NCBI GenBank assembly: GCA_903900265.1
Contig: CAIUMM010000015.1
Location: 4,036 to 68,035 of the forward strand
Source: an uncultured Pseudomonadota bacterium
GTDB lineage: Bacteria; Myxococcota_A; UBA796; SXON01
DNA length: 64,000 bases
Direction: 5' to 3'
A program made the position numbers and the translations under genes. Every line of letters starts with the position of its first letter. Within the stretch, counting starts at the first letter, position 1. The notes under the pieces were generated by a model, which had not been told where the DNA came from, made no database searches, and worked only from the letters and a program-made list of their open reading frames with translations. Of the stretch, positions 8,048-16,847 are shown piece after piece.

Positions 8048-8347
8048 GGGCGCGCCTCTGGCCAGACGCTGCGCCTATCGGGTGGGGCTCGGACGCGCAC
8101 CGCGCGGGGCACTCTGCAGCTGCTCGAAAGCGATCCTAACGGGTGGATTTTACCCGAAGCTCTCCCGGCTGGCCTACCGCTTGGTGGGTGTGTGAGGAGG
8201 GTGGAGGGGCTTGGGCGAGCGCTCGACGCGCGCGCCTCGGCCGAGCTCCTCGCCGAGATCGCAGCGGCGCGTGACGGGGCCGCTTCGCGCGCGGGTCCCG
8301 GAGCGTCGTCATTGCTGCGGAGGACGGGCCGGGTGTATGCTCCTCGG

Positions 8348-10006
8348 ATGGTCTTTAGGAATACGGTGCTTTGCTTCCTGCTCGCGGGGTGTCACTCGGG
8401 AGATGTCCGGCTCGGCGCCGAGGCTCAGGGCGCGCCTTCGTCCGAGATGGAGGTCGTCCCGCAGGCGGATCCGGGGGACACTGCGGCCGAGGAGGGGGAG
8501 TCCGACGCCGTCTTTGACTTGGGCGCTGTGCATCGGATCGACCTCGTGATGGCGGACTCCGACTGGGTGCAGGTGCGGGACAATCCGTCCACGGAAGTGT
8601 GGTACACCGCCGACTTTGAGTGGGATGGCGAGCCGATGTCGAACATCGGGGTCCGCGCCTTCGGCCAGGGTTCAGTTGTGGCTGGAAAGCCGCCCATAAA
8701 GCTTGACTTTGACCGTTACGAGCCCGGGGCGCAGTGGCGCGGGCTCGAACAGATCAAGCTCGACAGCTCCGTGCAGGACGCCGGCTTTCTCAATGAGGCG
8801 GTAGGGACGCGTGCCCTACGCGAGCTTGGCCTGCCGGCCGCGCGGACCGGCTGGGCGCAGCTGTACGTGAACGGGTCGCTCGCCGGTCTGTTCGTTGTGT
8901 TGGAGTCCATCGACGATCGGTTCCTGAAGCGCTGGTACGGCGACGACAGCGGGCCGCTCTATGGGATGGGCACTTGGATGTACGGGCAGGGGCTCAATCC
9001 GATCGCTTGGGGCACGGTGCTCGATTGGTTCGAGCCCCAGACCTCAGTTGGGGGCGATGGGAGCGAGATCCTCGCGGCGATCGAAGCCACCGCGTCCGGC
9101 ACAGACGCGGATTTTGCGTCGGCGGTGGACGTCGACACGTTCACCCGCATCGCCGTGACCCGATCGGCGATGGGGGCGATCGACCAGTTTGCCGCAGACG
9201 GCAACAACTTCTACCTGTACGTCGACCAAGGCCGCATCACGCCGATCGCCTGGGACCTCGACGCCGACCTCGGATACCCCTACTACTTCACCAACGCGCT
9301 CGACATGGGCTTGGAAGAACCTTGGTTGTGGTCGCACGCCCGCTACAACCCCGTCACCGGCGCCCTCTACTCCGACCCTGTGCACGCCCGGGCCGTGGCG
9401 GCGGGTTGGGACGTCGATGGTTGGCTCGACACGCTGCTCGCCGGGCCGCTGGACTGGAGCACGCTCGATGCACAAACCGCTGGATATGCTTCGGTGATCC
9501 ACGATGCGGCGTGCGCCGACACGTACATCTCCTGCGCCAGCTTCGAGCACCGGGTGGTCGACCTTCGCTTCTTCCTGCACACGCGGTTGGCGCGCCTCGC
9601 GGGCGCGGAGGTCGCCCGTTGTGACGCCGCTCCCGACTGGGAGGTCACGCCCTTGCAAGGCGTCACAACCGTGGGCGGCAGTGATTGGGGGCCCGGCTTC
9701 ATGGTCGGCGGTGTGCACGCCTGCGATGGCATCTACGCGCCGGCGCCGAGCCGCGTGGCCCTGACCGTCCATGCCGGAACCTTGTCCGGCGCCGCGGGCG
9801 TCCACGATCGCAACATGAACGCCTCCGCGGGCATACGCTTCGCGATCCTCCAAAATGGAGTCACCTTGTGGGAGGACACCGTGCTCGCCTACGAGGCCGC
9901 GGCGCCGTTCGCCGTGCCGGTGAGCGAGGGCACGGTCCTGCTCGTCGCGTTGGGCAGCACGCCTGCGGAAGATGGCGCGTCTTGGGTAGGTCTTACGGTT
10001 CCTTGA
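8348..10006 (+). CDS. CotH-family (atypical kinase fold) lipoprotein
   Basis: Internal ATG at 8348 gives MVFRNTVLCFLLAGC (lipobox). The central region (KLDFDRYEPGAQWRGLEQIKLDSSVQDAGFLNEAVGTRALRELGLPAARTGWAQLYVNGSLAGLFVVLESIDDRFLKRWY) matches the CotH family pattern. Confidence 0.8.
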   Translation: MVFRNTVLCFLLAGCHSGDVRLGAEAQGAPSSEMEVVPQADPGDTAAEEGESDAVFDLGAVHRIDLVMADSDWVQVRDNPSTEVWYTADFEWDGEPMSNIGVRAFGQGSVVAGKPPIKLDFDRYEPGAQWRGLEQIKLDSSVQDAGFLNEAVGTRALRELGLPAARTGWAQLYVNGSLAGLFVVLESIDDRFLKRWYGDDSGPLYGMGTWMYGQGLNPIAWGTVLDWFEPQTSVGGDGSEILAAIEATASGTDADFASAVDVDTFTRIAVTRSAMGAIDQFAADGNNFYLYVDQGRITPIAWDLDADLGYPYYFTNALDMGLEEPWLWSHARYNPVTGALYSDPVHARAVAAGWDVDGWLDTLLAGPLDWSTLDAQTAGYASVIHDAACADTYISCASFEHRVVDLRFFLHTRLARLAGAEVARCDAAPDWEVTPLQGVTTVGGSDWGPGFMVGGVHACDGIYAPAPSRVALTVHAGTLSGAAGVHDRNMNASAGIRFAILQNGVTLWEDTVLAYEAAAPFAVPVSEGTVLLVALGSTPAEDGASWVGLTVP

Positions 10007-10294
10007 GGCTCAGCCAGTGGCGGAACCAACCCGCAGGTCTCCCTGTCGGCGTCGTCTGAGATGTCCCCGGCGGGGAGGCGGAGCCACTTTTCAGACGCCT
10101 CGGAGGAGCGTGACGGGGAGCGATTGGCGAGGCCAGTGCAGGAGTATTCTTGAACGTGCGCGCCTGGGGTTCATGGCTACGCCGTAAAATGCCCGCTGGA
10201 GGCTCTGCGCCGATCGAGCCTGCTTTCCATTTCCAGCTATACCCTTGACGCGTCATCACTTTCCCTGTACCCTGTCAGGGTCAGGAGTCCGTTT

Positions 10295-11293
10295 ATGGAT
10301 CGCGTCGCACGCCGCATGGAACTGTTCAAACTCCGCAGGGACTCGGCGTTTGATCCCGAGCACGTGCACGTCGAAGGCGCGCTGCGTGGCCGTACGGCGC
10401 GCAAGGTGCGCAACCAGCTGCGTCGCTTGGAGCCGGTGGCGCTGCTCACGCCGCGCTGGACTTCGCCTCAGGCCTTTTTGGAAGACATCGCTCTGGATCT
10501 GGCGGTGGGCGAGCCTTCGATGGGCTGCCGGACCATCTCGTTCCGTCCGTTGATGGGTCGTAGTACGCCCGAGGCTTGGAATTTCATCCTCCGTGTGCTG
10601 GCGGAGCTTAGCGGCAAGGAGTTCAACGCCGTCCCGATGGTGATGAACCGCCGGGCTTTTCACATCGCGGCCGCCGACCTCCTCGACACTGCGCATGAAC
10701 ACTCGCCGCACCCGGTCGCGTTGCTCGCGCATGGCGCCCACAACCTGCCGATTGAAGTGTTGACCGACATCGCCGATGTGTGGTCGAGCTACGCCCAGCG
10801 CGCGCGGGCCGATCGTCGCTGCGTGGTGCTGCTCGCCGGCGCGGTCGCGACCCCGGCTCTGGACGTCGGGAACGCCGCTCGTGTCGACCTCGCTGACTTC
10901 GGAGAGGCTGAAGCTGCTGCCAGCTTCTTAAGGCACATCGGCGGCTTGCCCTTCCCGATCTTGCAGCGCGTCAGCCGCTTTTCAGGAGGCGTCCCGGCGA
11001 TCGTCGAGGCGCTGTCCTCGGGGGCCTCGAACCTCGGTCATGTGCCGATGCAGGCGGGTGACCTTTTCCGGTTGATGGGCCCCGTCGCCGAAGATGTGCG
11101 CGGCGCAGTGTCGATGGCGATGACCTCGGCGTCGCACGCAGAGCGCTTGCTCAACCTCGCCAACGGCGAGGCGCTCGCGGAAGACCCTGAGGTGGATGAT
11201 CAGCTGATGATGGCAGGTTTGATCCGCCGTTCGCGGGTCACCGGCGTGCCGCATGTCGAGCTGCGCGCCCCTGCGTTGGCGGCCGCGCTGTAG
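10295..11293 (+). CDS. Hypothetical protein (possible degenerate AAA/STAND-like NTPase fold)
   Basis: 332-aa ORF with high GC3 and AGGAG 8 nt upstream of the ATG. The strand-loop patterns VALLTPRWTSPQAF, VALLAHGAHNL and CVVLLAGAVATP are spaced like Walker A / Walker B / sensor-1 but lack the canonical residues. Confidence 0.65.
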   Translation: MDRVARRMELFKLRRDSAFDPEHVHVEGALRGRTARKVRNQLRRLEPVALLTPRWTSPQAFLEDIALDLAVGEPSMGCRTISFRPLMGRSTPEAWNFILRVLAELSGKEFNAVPMVMNRRAFHIAAADLLDTAHEHSPHPVALLAHGAHNLPIEVLTDIADVWSSYAQRARADRRCVVLLAGAVATPALDVGNAARVDLADFGEAEAAASFLRHIGGLPFPILQRVSRFSGGVPAIVEALSSGASNLGHVPMQAGDLFRLMGPVAEDVRGAVSMAMTSASHAERLLNLANGEALAEDPEVDDQLMMAGLIRRSRVTGVPHVELRAPALAAAL

Positions 11294-11362
11294 GGCGGGC
11301 GTTGCCATCCCGCGGGGGCAGGTTACCCCCGGGAGGCTCTTTACATCTCCTACGCAACGTTC

Positions 11363-11547
11363 AGGTGCCGCGCATCGCGCGGTGAAACGGGAAGCTGGTG
11401 AAAATGCCAGCACGGCCCCCGCCACTGTAGTCGGAAACGACGCTTTCAACGTGCCAGCAGCTCCAAAGAGCGCGCAGGTACAAGCCACTGGTTCACACCG
11501 GGAAGGCGAAAGCGCGTGAGGATTCCGAGAGTCAGGAGACCGGCCTG
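11363..11547 (+). promoter_or_regulatory. Cobalamin (B12) riboswitch
   Basis: Diagnostic conserved blocks read directly: ggtgaaacGGGAAgctGGTGaaAAtgCCagcaCGGcCCCCGCCACTGTAg, then aGCCACTGgttcacaccGGGAAGGCg, then the B12 box AGtCAGGAgACCgGCC. It lies about 100 nt upstream of a TonB-dependent receptor gene. Confidence 0.9.
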
Positions 11548-11650
11548 TACGTTCTTTGCCGCCGTCCTTCGGGGTGCGTGATGGGGCGTTCCATGCTCGA
11601 TTTTTGTCGACTCTGGTACGTCCCTCACCACAGGGACTGCCGGATCGTTC

Positions 11651-13801
11651 ATGTTTTTTCTGCTGCTGTCTCTCGCGCACGCTGCCCCGGTTGGGGATGG
11701 CGGAGCTGCGCCTGAGGGGGCGCCCGAAGTCCCGGTAGCGCCGGTAGCGCCGGTAGCGAGGGACGACGCGCCCGACGGCCGCGCCGCGGTGGACGTCACC
11801 GCGCAGATCGCGAGCCCAGACGGTTCCCCGGCCACGTTGACGGTGGTGCCGCTGGGCGTCGAAGTCGCGGGGGAGACCGATCTCGCCGGCGTGCTCGACC
11901 GCGTGCCGGGAACGACCATCCGTCGCCTCGGTGGACTCGGGGATTTTGCGGGGGTGCGGCTGCGCGGCTCGACCTTCCAACAGGTCGAGTTCTTCCTCGA
12001 TGGGGTGCCGTTGAACCCCAACGGCGACACGGTGGTGGACCTGTCGAGCCTGCCGGTGTCGCTGTTCTCGGACATGCTGGTGTACCGCGGCTTCGCGCCG
12101 GCGCGCTACGGATCGTCGGCGATGGGCGGCGTGGTCGATCTGCTCACCACGGCCACCGCCCCGGCGGCGCTCGGGGTCTCCGGCGGTTCCTGGGGCACGG
12201 TGCACAGCTGGGGCGCGACGCAGCGCTGCCTCGGCCAGACCGACGCGCTGCTCACCTTCGATCAGCTGCACACCGACGGCGACTGGTCGTATTTCGACGA
12301 TCAAGGCACGGACTTCAATCGCTTCGACGATCGGACCCCGGTGCGGGAGCACAACCGCATCGACCGGGCGAGCGGACTCGCGCGGCTGCGCACCCGCTTC
12401 CCGGGGCTGACGCTCTCGTGGATGGATGCGCCCGGGTGGGTGTCGCAGGAGCTGACCGGCACCATCGCGAACCCGTCCAAGAGCGCGACCTGGGACAGCA
12501 TCCGCAACCTCGCCGTCGTCACCGCCGACGCCAGCGGCGGCTCTGCGTTGCCGTGGCGGCTGCGTCCCCGGGCGTGGTGGTTGCACCGCGACGAGACGAC
12601 GCAGGATCTCGAAGCCGAGCTTGGGGTCGGAAACTCGTGGACCCGCGGCGTCTGGAACACCGCCGGGGTGCAGTTGGACGCCACGTTGCTGCCGGCGCGC
12701 TGGTTGTCCACGAGTCTGCTCCTGCGCGGGCGCGAGGACGTGTTTCAGCCGTTCAACCTGCTCGCTGACGATGCGGGTACGAAAGACGGCAGCCGCCTTC
12801 GGCGCGGGTTGTCGGCCGCGCTCTCCTCCGACGCGTGGATCCAGCCGGGCCTCGGGACGCTCACGCTCTCGCCGGTGGTGCAGCTCGATGTGCTCGACAA
12901 CCACCTCTTGGGCGATGTGCCGTTCGAGGACATGCCGGTCTCGCCCGGCACCGAGGATCTCCAGGTCTTTGTCATGCCGCGCGCAGGGGCAAACTGGGCG
13001 ATCGTCGGGCCGCTAAGCGTGCGCGCAAACGCCGGCTGGTACGCGCGCGCCCCCGATCTCACCGAGCTCTTCGGCGATCAAGGCGTGGTCACTGGCAACA
13101 CCGATCTCGTCGCCGAGCGCGGGTTTGGGTTCGAGGCGGGCGCGCACCTCGCCGAGTCCCGCCTCGGCGTGTTCACCATCGGCGCGGACGCCGCCTACGC
13201 CCGCCAGCGCGTGCACGATCTCATCACCTACGTGCCCAACTCGCAGCTCACCGAGCACGCCGTCAACCTCGGCGAGGCGTACTTCCGCAGCCTCGAGGGT
13301 GCGCTGCATCTGGGGCTCGACGGTCAACTTGGCGCGGTGCACCTCGGCATTGGCTCGGACTCGGGGGTGACGCAGATCCTCTCCCGCAACCTCGACACCG
13401 ACCGCACCTATTCGGACAACCAACTCCCGAATGTCCCACCGCTCGATGTGACACAGACCACCGTCTTGTCCATGTCTGCGCCATGGTTGGACAGCGTGAC
13501 GTTGTCCCATACGTGGTCCTACACCGCGGCGACCTACACCGACGCGGCCAACCAGAACGCGTCGGCGCCACGGGATCTGCACGCGGTGGCGCTCTCCGTG
13601 CGCCCCGGCCGGGACCTTCCAACGCTGCAGGCGAGCGTGCTCAACCTCTTCGATGTCCGCGGAATGGCGGTGGATCGCAACCCGTTGGACGCCGACGACA
13701 ACGCGCTCGTCGTCAAACCCCTCACTGATTTTGTAGGCTACCCTTTGCCTGGTCGCACGGTGATGATCACCGTACGCTGGGAAGAATCACCCCCGGAGTA
13801 G
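11651..13801 (+). CDS. TonB-dependent receptor (BtuB-like outer-membrane corrinoid transporter)
   Basis: 716 aa with a signal peptide MFFLLLSLAHA, a TonB-box-like VDVTAQ, and a plug domain (DLAGVLDRVPGTTIRRLGGLGDFAGVRLRGSTFQQVEFFLDGVPLN). A long beta-barrel region follows. It sits directly behind the B12 riboswitch. Confidence 0.9.
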   Translation: MFFLLLSLAHAAPVGDGGAAPEGAPEVPVAPVAPVARDDAPDGRAAVDVTAQIASPDGSPATLTVVPLGVEVAGETDLAGVLDRVPGTTIRRLGGLGDFAGVRLRGSTFQQVEFFLDGVPLNPNGDTVVDLSSLPVSLFSDMLVYRGFAPARYGSSAMGGVVDLLTTATAPAALGVSGGSWGTVHSWGATQRCLGQTDALLTFDQLHTDGDWSYFDDQGTDFNRFDDRTPVREHNRIDRASGLARLRTRFPGLTLSWMDAPGWVSQELTGTIANPSKSATWDSIRNLAVVTADASGGSALPWRLRPRAWWLHRDETTQDLEAELGVGNSWTRGVWNTAGVQLDATLLPARWLSTSLLLRGREDVFQPFNLLADDAGTKDGSRLRRGLSAALSSDAWIQPGLGTLTLSPVVQLDVLDNHLLGDVPFEDMPVSPGTEDLQVFVMPRAGANWAIVGPLSVRANAGWYARAPDLTELFGDQGVVTGNTDLVAERGFGFEAGAHLAESRLGVFTIGADAAYARQRVHDLITYVPNSQLTEHAVNLGEAYFRSLEGALHLGLDGQLGAVHLGIGSDSGVTQILSRNLDTDRTYSDNQLPNVPPLDVTQTTVLSMSAPWLDSVTLSHTWSYTAATYTDAANQNASAPRDLHAVALSVRPGRDLPTLQASVLNLFDVRGMAVDRNPLDADDNALVVKPLTDFVGYPLPGRTVMITVRWEESPPE

Positions 13802-15025
13802 ATGATGTCCAGAATCCCTTTTTCGTTGAACATGGTGTGGAGCCACACCCCGGCGGTGGCTACGCTCGCTGCGGTCTCTGCGGTCTCGCTGCTTTCGGCG
13901 TGTGACCCCAAGGTGGCCGATGACACGGGCACCGGTGACACCGACGCGGACACGGACACCGACACGGACACCGACACGGACACCGACACGGACACCGACA
14001 CGGACACCGACGCGGATGTCAATTACACCATTGTTGCTACCACCACCGACTACTCGGTCGGCGCGTTGGTCACGATCTCCAAAGACGGCGTATTGAGCGA
14101 CAATGTGGCGCCGGCTTCGTCCGACGCGGGCGTGCGCTCGGTCGCGGGTCGAGTCTACGTGATGAACCGCTCGGGCGAAAACACCGTCCAGCGCTTTGAA
14201 GAGATGGACTTCTCTGCTCCAACCCTCGAATTCTCCACCGGCGATGGCTCCAACCCGCACGACGTCGCTGAGTGCGGCGGCGCCATTGTGGTGTCGCTGT
14301 ACGCTGGGGATTCGCTGATGGTCGTGGACGGTAGAACCGGCTTGCAGACGGCCTCCGTCGACCTGTCGGCGTTCAACGACTCTGATGGCAGCCCTGAGCC
14401 CGACGGCATGTACGTCGCGCCGAACGGCTATTTGTACCTCGCGATGAACCAGCTCGAATCCTATGTCTCTGCCGACGGCAGCGGCACCATCGCCAAGATC
14501 GACTGCAGCTCGTGGCAGGTGGTTGGGTCTTGGGACGTCGGTCCCAACCCGTTCTTTCAGGTCGATCCTACCAACCCGGCGCGCCTCGCGGTGACCGGCG
14601 GTGACTACTACAACAGCGACTATTCGGGCCCGGAGCTGGACGGCGCGCTCTCGTACTTCGACACCACCGACGACTCGTTCACCACGACGGAGTTCACCGA
14701 GGTCTCGCTGGGGATGAACCTCGGCGCGGTCACCGGCACGCCCGACGGCTACCGGATCGCGACCTTGGACGATGGCTATACGTGGTCGTTGCTCTGCATC
14801 GCCCCCGACGGCACCACGACGATGTCGGATGTCGGCGAGGCCTACATCGGCTCGATGGAGGCGACCCCCGACGGCAAGGTTTGGGCCAGCATCGGCGCCG
14901 GCTACGGCATGGGCACGCCGCCCACGACGGGCTTCACGCCCCTCGATCCGGTCGCGTGCTCCGCAGGCAACGCGGTCAGCGCCGCCCTTGGGCCCAGCTC
15001 GATCACCGTGGCGATCATCCCGTGA
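13802..15025 (+). CDS. Surface/periplasmic lipoprotein with (Thr-Asp)n linker and beta-propeller-like body
   Basis: 407 aa. Lipobox LLSAC followed by GDTDADTDTDTDTDTDTDTDTDTDTDAD, then repeated beta-rich segments (YncE/propeller-like). The start abuts the receptor stop (TAG ATG). Confidence 0.85.
   Translation: MMSRIPFSLNMVWSHTPAVATLAAVSAVSLLSACDPKVADDTGTGDTDADTDTDTDTDTDTDTDTDTDTDADVNYTIVATTTDYSVGALVTISKDGVLSDNVAPASSDAGVRSVAGRVYVMNRSGENTVQRFEEMDFSAPTLEFSTGDGSNPHDVAECGGAIVVSLYAGDSLMVVDGRTGLQTASVDLSAFNDSDGSPEPDGMYVAPNGYLYLAMNQLESYVSADGSGTIAKIDCSSWQVVGSWDVGPNPFFQVDPTNPARLAVTGGDYYNSDYSGPELDGALSYFDTTDDSFTTTEFTEVSLGMNLGAVTGTPDGYRIATLDDGYTWSLLCIAPDGTTTMSDVGEAYIGSMEATPDGKVWASIGAGYGMGTPPTTGFTPLDPVACSAGNAVSAALGPSSITVAIIP
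13949..14008. repeat. Perfect 12-bp tandem repeat gacacggacacc x5 (codes for (DT)n linker)
   Basis: Read directly from the sequence. Units are at 13949, 13961, 13973, 13985 and 13997, flanked by imperfect units. Confidence 0.95.
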
Positions 15026-15027
15026 AA

Positions 15028-15333
15028 ATGCTGCGCGCGCTTGGATTTCTGCTGCTGTCCTCGGGCTGTGCCCCGGAGGACAGCTGTGTGTCCTTGTGCG
15101 CGCACGCGCACGCCAAGTTTGCGTCTTGCCTCGAGGAGCGGGACGCCGATTGGGGCACCTCCGTGGGGTTCAGCTCCGCGGCGGACTTTGATGATTGGTG
15201 CTCCACTTTTGTATGGGAGGAGCGCGAGCTTGGCACCGCCGCCTCGGGCGACCTGACCTGCGCGGACCGACAGGCGATCATCGACGACGGCGACTGCAAC
15301 GCGTGGTACACCGCGTGGGGAGAGGCTCCCTGA
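15028..15333 (+). CDS. Small Cys-rich lipoprotein
   Basis: 101 aa. MLRALGFLLLSSGC lipobox plus six further Cys. The start is 2 nt after the upstream stop. Good GC3. Confidence 0.7.
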   Translation: MLRALGFLLLSSGCAPEDSCVSLCAHAHAKFASCLEERDADWGTSVGFSSAADFDDWCSTFVWEERELGTAASGDLTCADRQAIIDDGDCNAWYTAWGEAP

Positions 15334-15350
15334 ACCTGAACTTGAATCGA

Positions 15351-16847
15351 ATGGTCGCATTGGCCTTGGTCTTCGGCTGCCAACCGGCGGCCGAGGCGAC
15401 TAACGCTTCCGTGCACTTCCTCCGCGGCGCGGTGGAGCGGGGCGGCACCATCGAGGTGCGCTCCTATCAGCCGGGGGAGACCGTCGACGGCGTGGTCGCG
15501 CCCCACGCCCCAGAGTGCAGGTCTCAGCTGGTGATTCCCTTGGAAGACCGCCGCGCCGACGCGGAGCAGGGCGCGCCACCTGCGGGCGCTGCGCTGGCCT
15601 TCTCCCCCGACAGTACGACCCTCGCGATTGGCTCGGTGGAAGGCGCGATCAAGGTGGTTCGGGTGCCTTCGGGCGCGGTGGTCGCTGAAAAGCAGCTCGC
15701 CGAAGGCTCGGTCAAGCAGGTGGCCTATAGTCATGATGGAAACACGATTTATGTGGGCGAGCAGTCGCCGGATGCCTACGTGTATGCGCTGGATGCGGCG
15801 ACGCTGACCGAGCGTTGGAAGGTACGTCTGGCGGATGACATCGCGTCGAGCGCCCTGCCCGCAGACGATACGATGTACGGGCGGTTCTCTTTGCCGGGCG
15901 CCTACGCGGTGCAGGTGCTGCGTGACGGTCGCGTGCTGGTCGCTGGCGCGCACGGCTGGGTCACCGGGGAAGGCCGCCAGAATCGAGCCCGCCTGTATGT
16001 CCTAAGCGCCGCTGGAGCGCAGCTCGCCGCGTATCCACCTGCCGGGGCCGCAGATGGGATTTTCCTCTTTCCATCGGTGTATGAGCCCGAAGATGGTCCC
16101 GGCGATGTATTGCTCGGCGTCGCGCGGTCCGCCGATGGACCGGCGCCGGACGCCCTGCCGGTGGGCGGATTGCTCGATCTGTCGTCCTCCGACCTTTCGA
16201 TGCGATGGAGCTCTATTTTCCCGCCGTTGACGCCCTGGTTCAAGGATGTCTATTTCTGGGAGGCGGTGGTGCGCGGGCCGGGCTTCGCGTTCGCGGGTCT
16301 CGGGGACGGTCGGGCGTTTGTGCTCGATGGAACTGGGAAGTCGACCGCTACGCTTCAGCCAGGGATCCCGGTGCTGACCGGAGGCGTGCCGATCGGGGTG
16401 GGCGTCGGCTTTGCCACCGCGAGCCCCCAAGGCATCTGGTACCTCACGACCAGCACCAACATCCCCTGGGGCAGCGCCGATCCCGCCGCCCGTCCGCCCT
16501 CGGCGCATCCTGCTGAGAACACCGTACACGCGGTCAAACCCGACGGTACGCCGCGTTGGGACCGCCAGCTTCACGAGGCCGTGGCTGGCGTTGTGCTCTC
16601 CCCGGACGGCTCCGCGCTGCTCGTAGGGGCGGGGCCACGGGAGTCCGACACCCGCACCGATCTGTTCGGCGCCGTCGTTCTCGACGCCGCGACCGGCAAG
16701 ACGATCACCACGTGCAGCACCGTCGCGCCTACCGATTTCCGACCGGTTTTTGCGCCCGACGGAGGGTGGATCGCGGTCACCGAGGCGCCGTTCAAGACCG
16801 GGGACGGATCCGTCGCCGGGGCCTACCAGGTCACGGTTTTTCGATGA
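15351..16847 (+). CDS. WD40/PQQ-like beta-propeller lipoprotein
   Basis: Internal ATG gives MVALALVFGC (lipobox). WD40-like blades are present (LAFSPDSTTLAIGSVEGAIKVVRVPSG..., VAYSHDGNTIYVG, VLSPDGSALLVG, FAPDGGWIAVT). Confidence 0.8.
   Translation: MVALALVFGCQPAAEATNASVHFLRGAVERGGTIEVRSYQPGETVDGVVAPHAPECRSQLVIPLEDRRADAEQGAPPAGAALAFSPDSTTLAIGSVEGAIKVVRVPSGAVVAEKQLAEGSVKQVAYSHDGNTIYVGEQSPDAYVYALDAATLTERWKVRLADDIASSALPADDTMYGRFSLPGAYAVQVLRDGRVLVAGAHGWVTGEGRQNRARLYVLSAAGAQLAAYPPAGAADGIFLFPSVYEPEDGPGDVLLGVARSADGPAPDALPVGGLLDLSSSDLSMRWSSIFPPLTPWFKDVYFWEAVVRGPGFAFAGLGDGRAFVLDGTGKSTATLQPGIPVLTGGVPIGVGVGFATASPQGIWYLTTSTNIPWGSADPAARPPSAHPAENTVHAVKPDGTPRWDRQLHEAVAGVVLSPDGSALLVGAGPRESDTRTDLFGAVVLDAATGKTITTCSTVAPTDFRPVFAPDGGWIAVTEAPFKTGDGSVAGAYQVTVFR

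Noticed and set aside
8192-8347. Upstream GTG/ATG start of the CotH ORF (adding 52 aa), and comparable upstream starts for the 15195, 16556, 45293, 45687(46973), 55650 and 60259 ORFs.
   Set aside because: The internal starts yield canonical signal peptide, lipobox or family N-termini. They often have SD sequences or stop-start overlaps, and the upstream extensions are Arg-rich or overlap the previous gene.
10982-12904. 640-aa minus-strand ORF spanning the B12 riboswitch and the 5' half of the TonB-dependent receptor gene.
   Set aside because: It is a shadow ORF. It runs antisense through a recognisable riboswitch and a plug-domain coding region, has an Arg/Pro-rich composition, and shows no motif.
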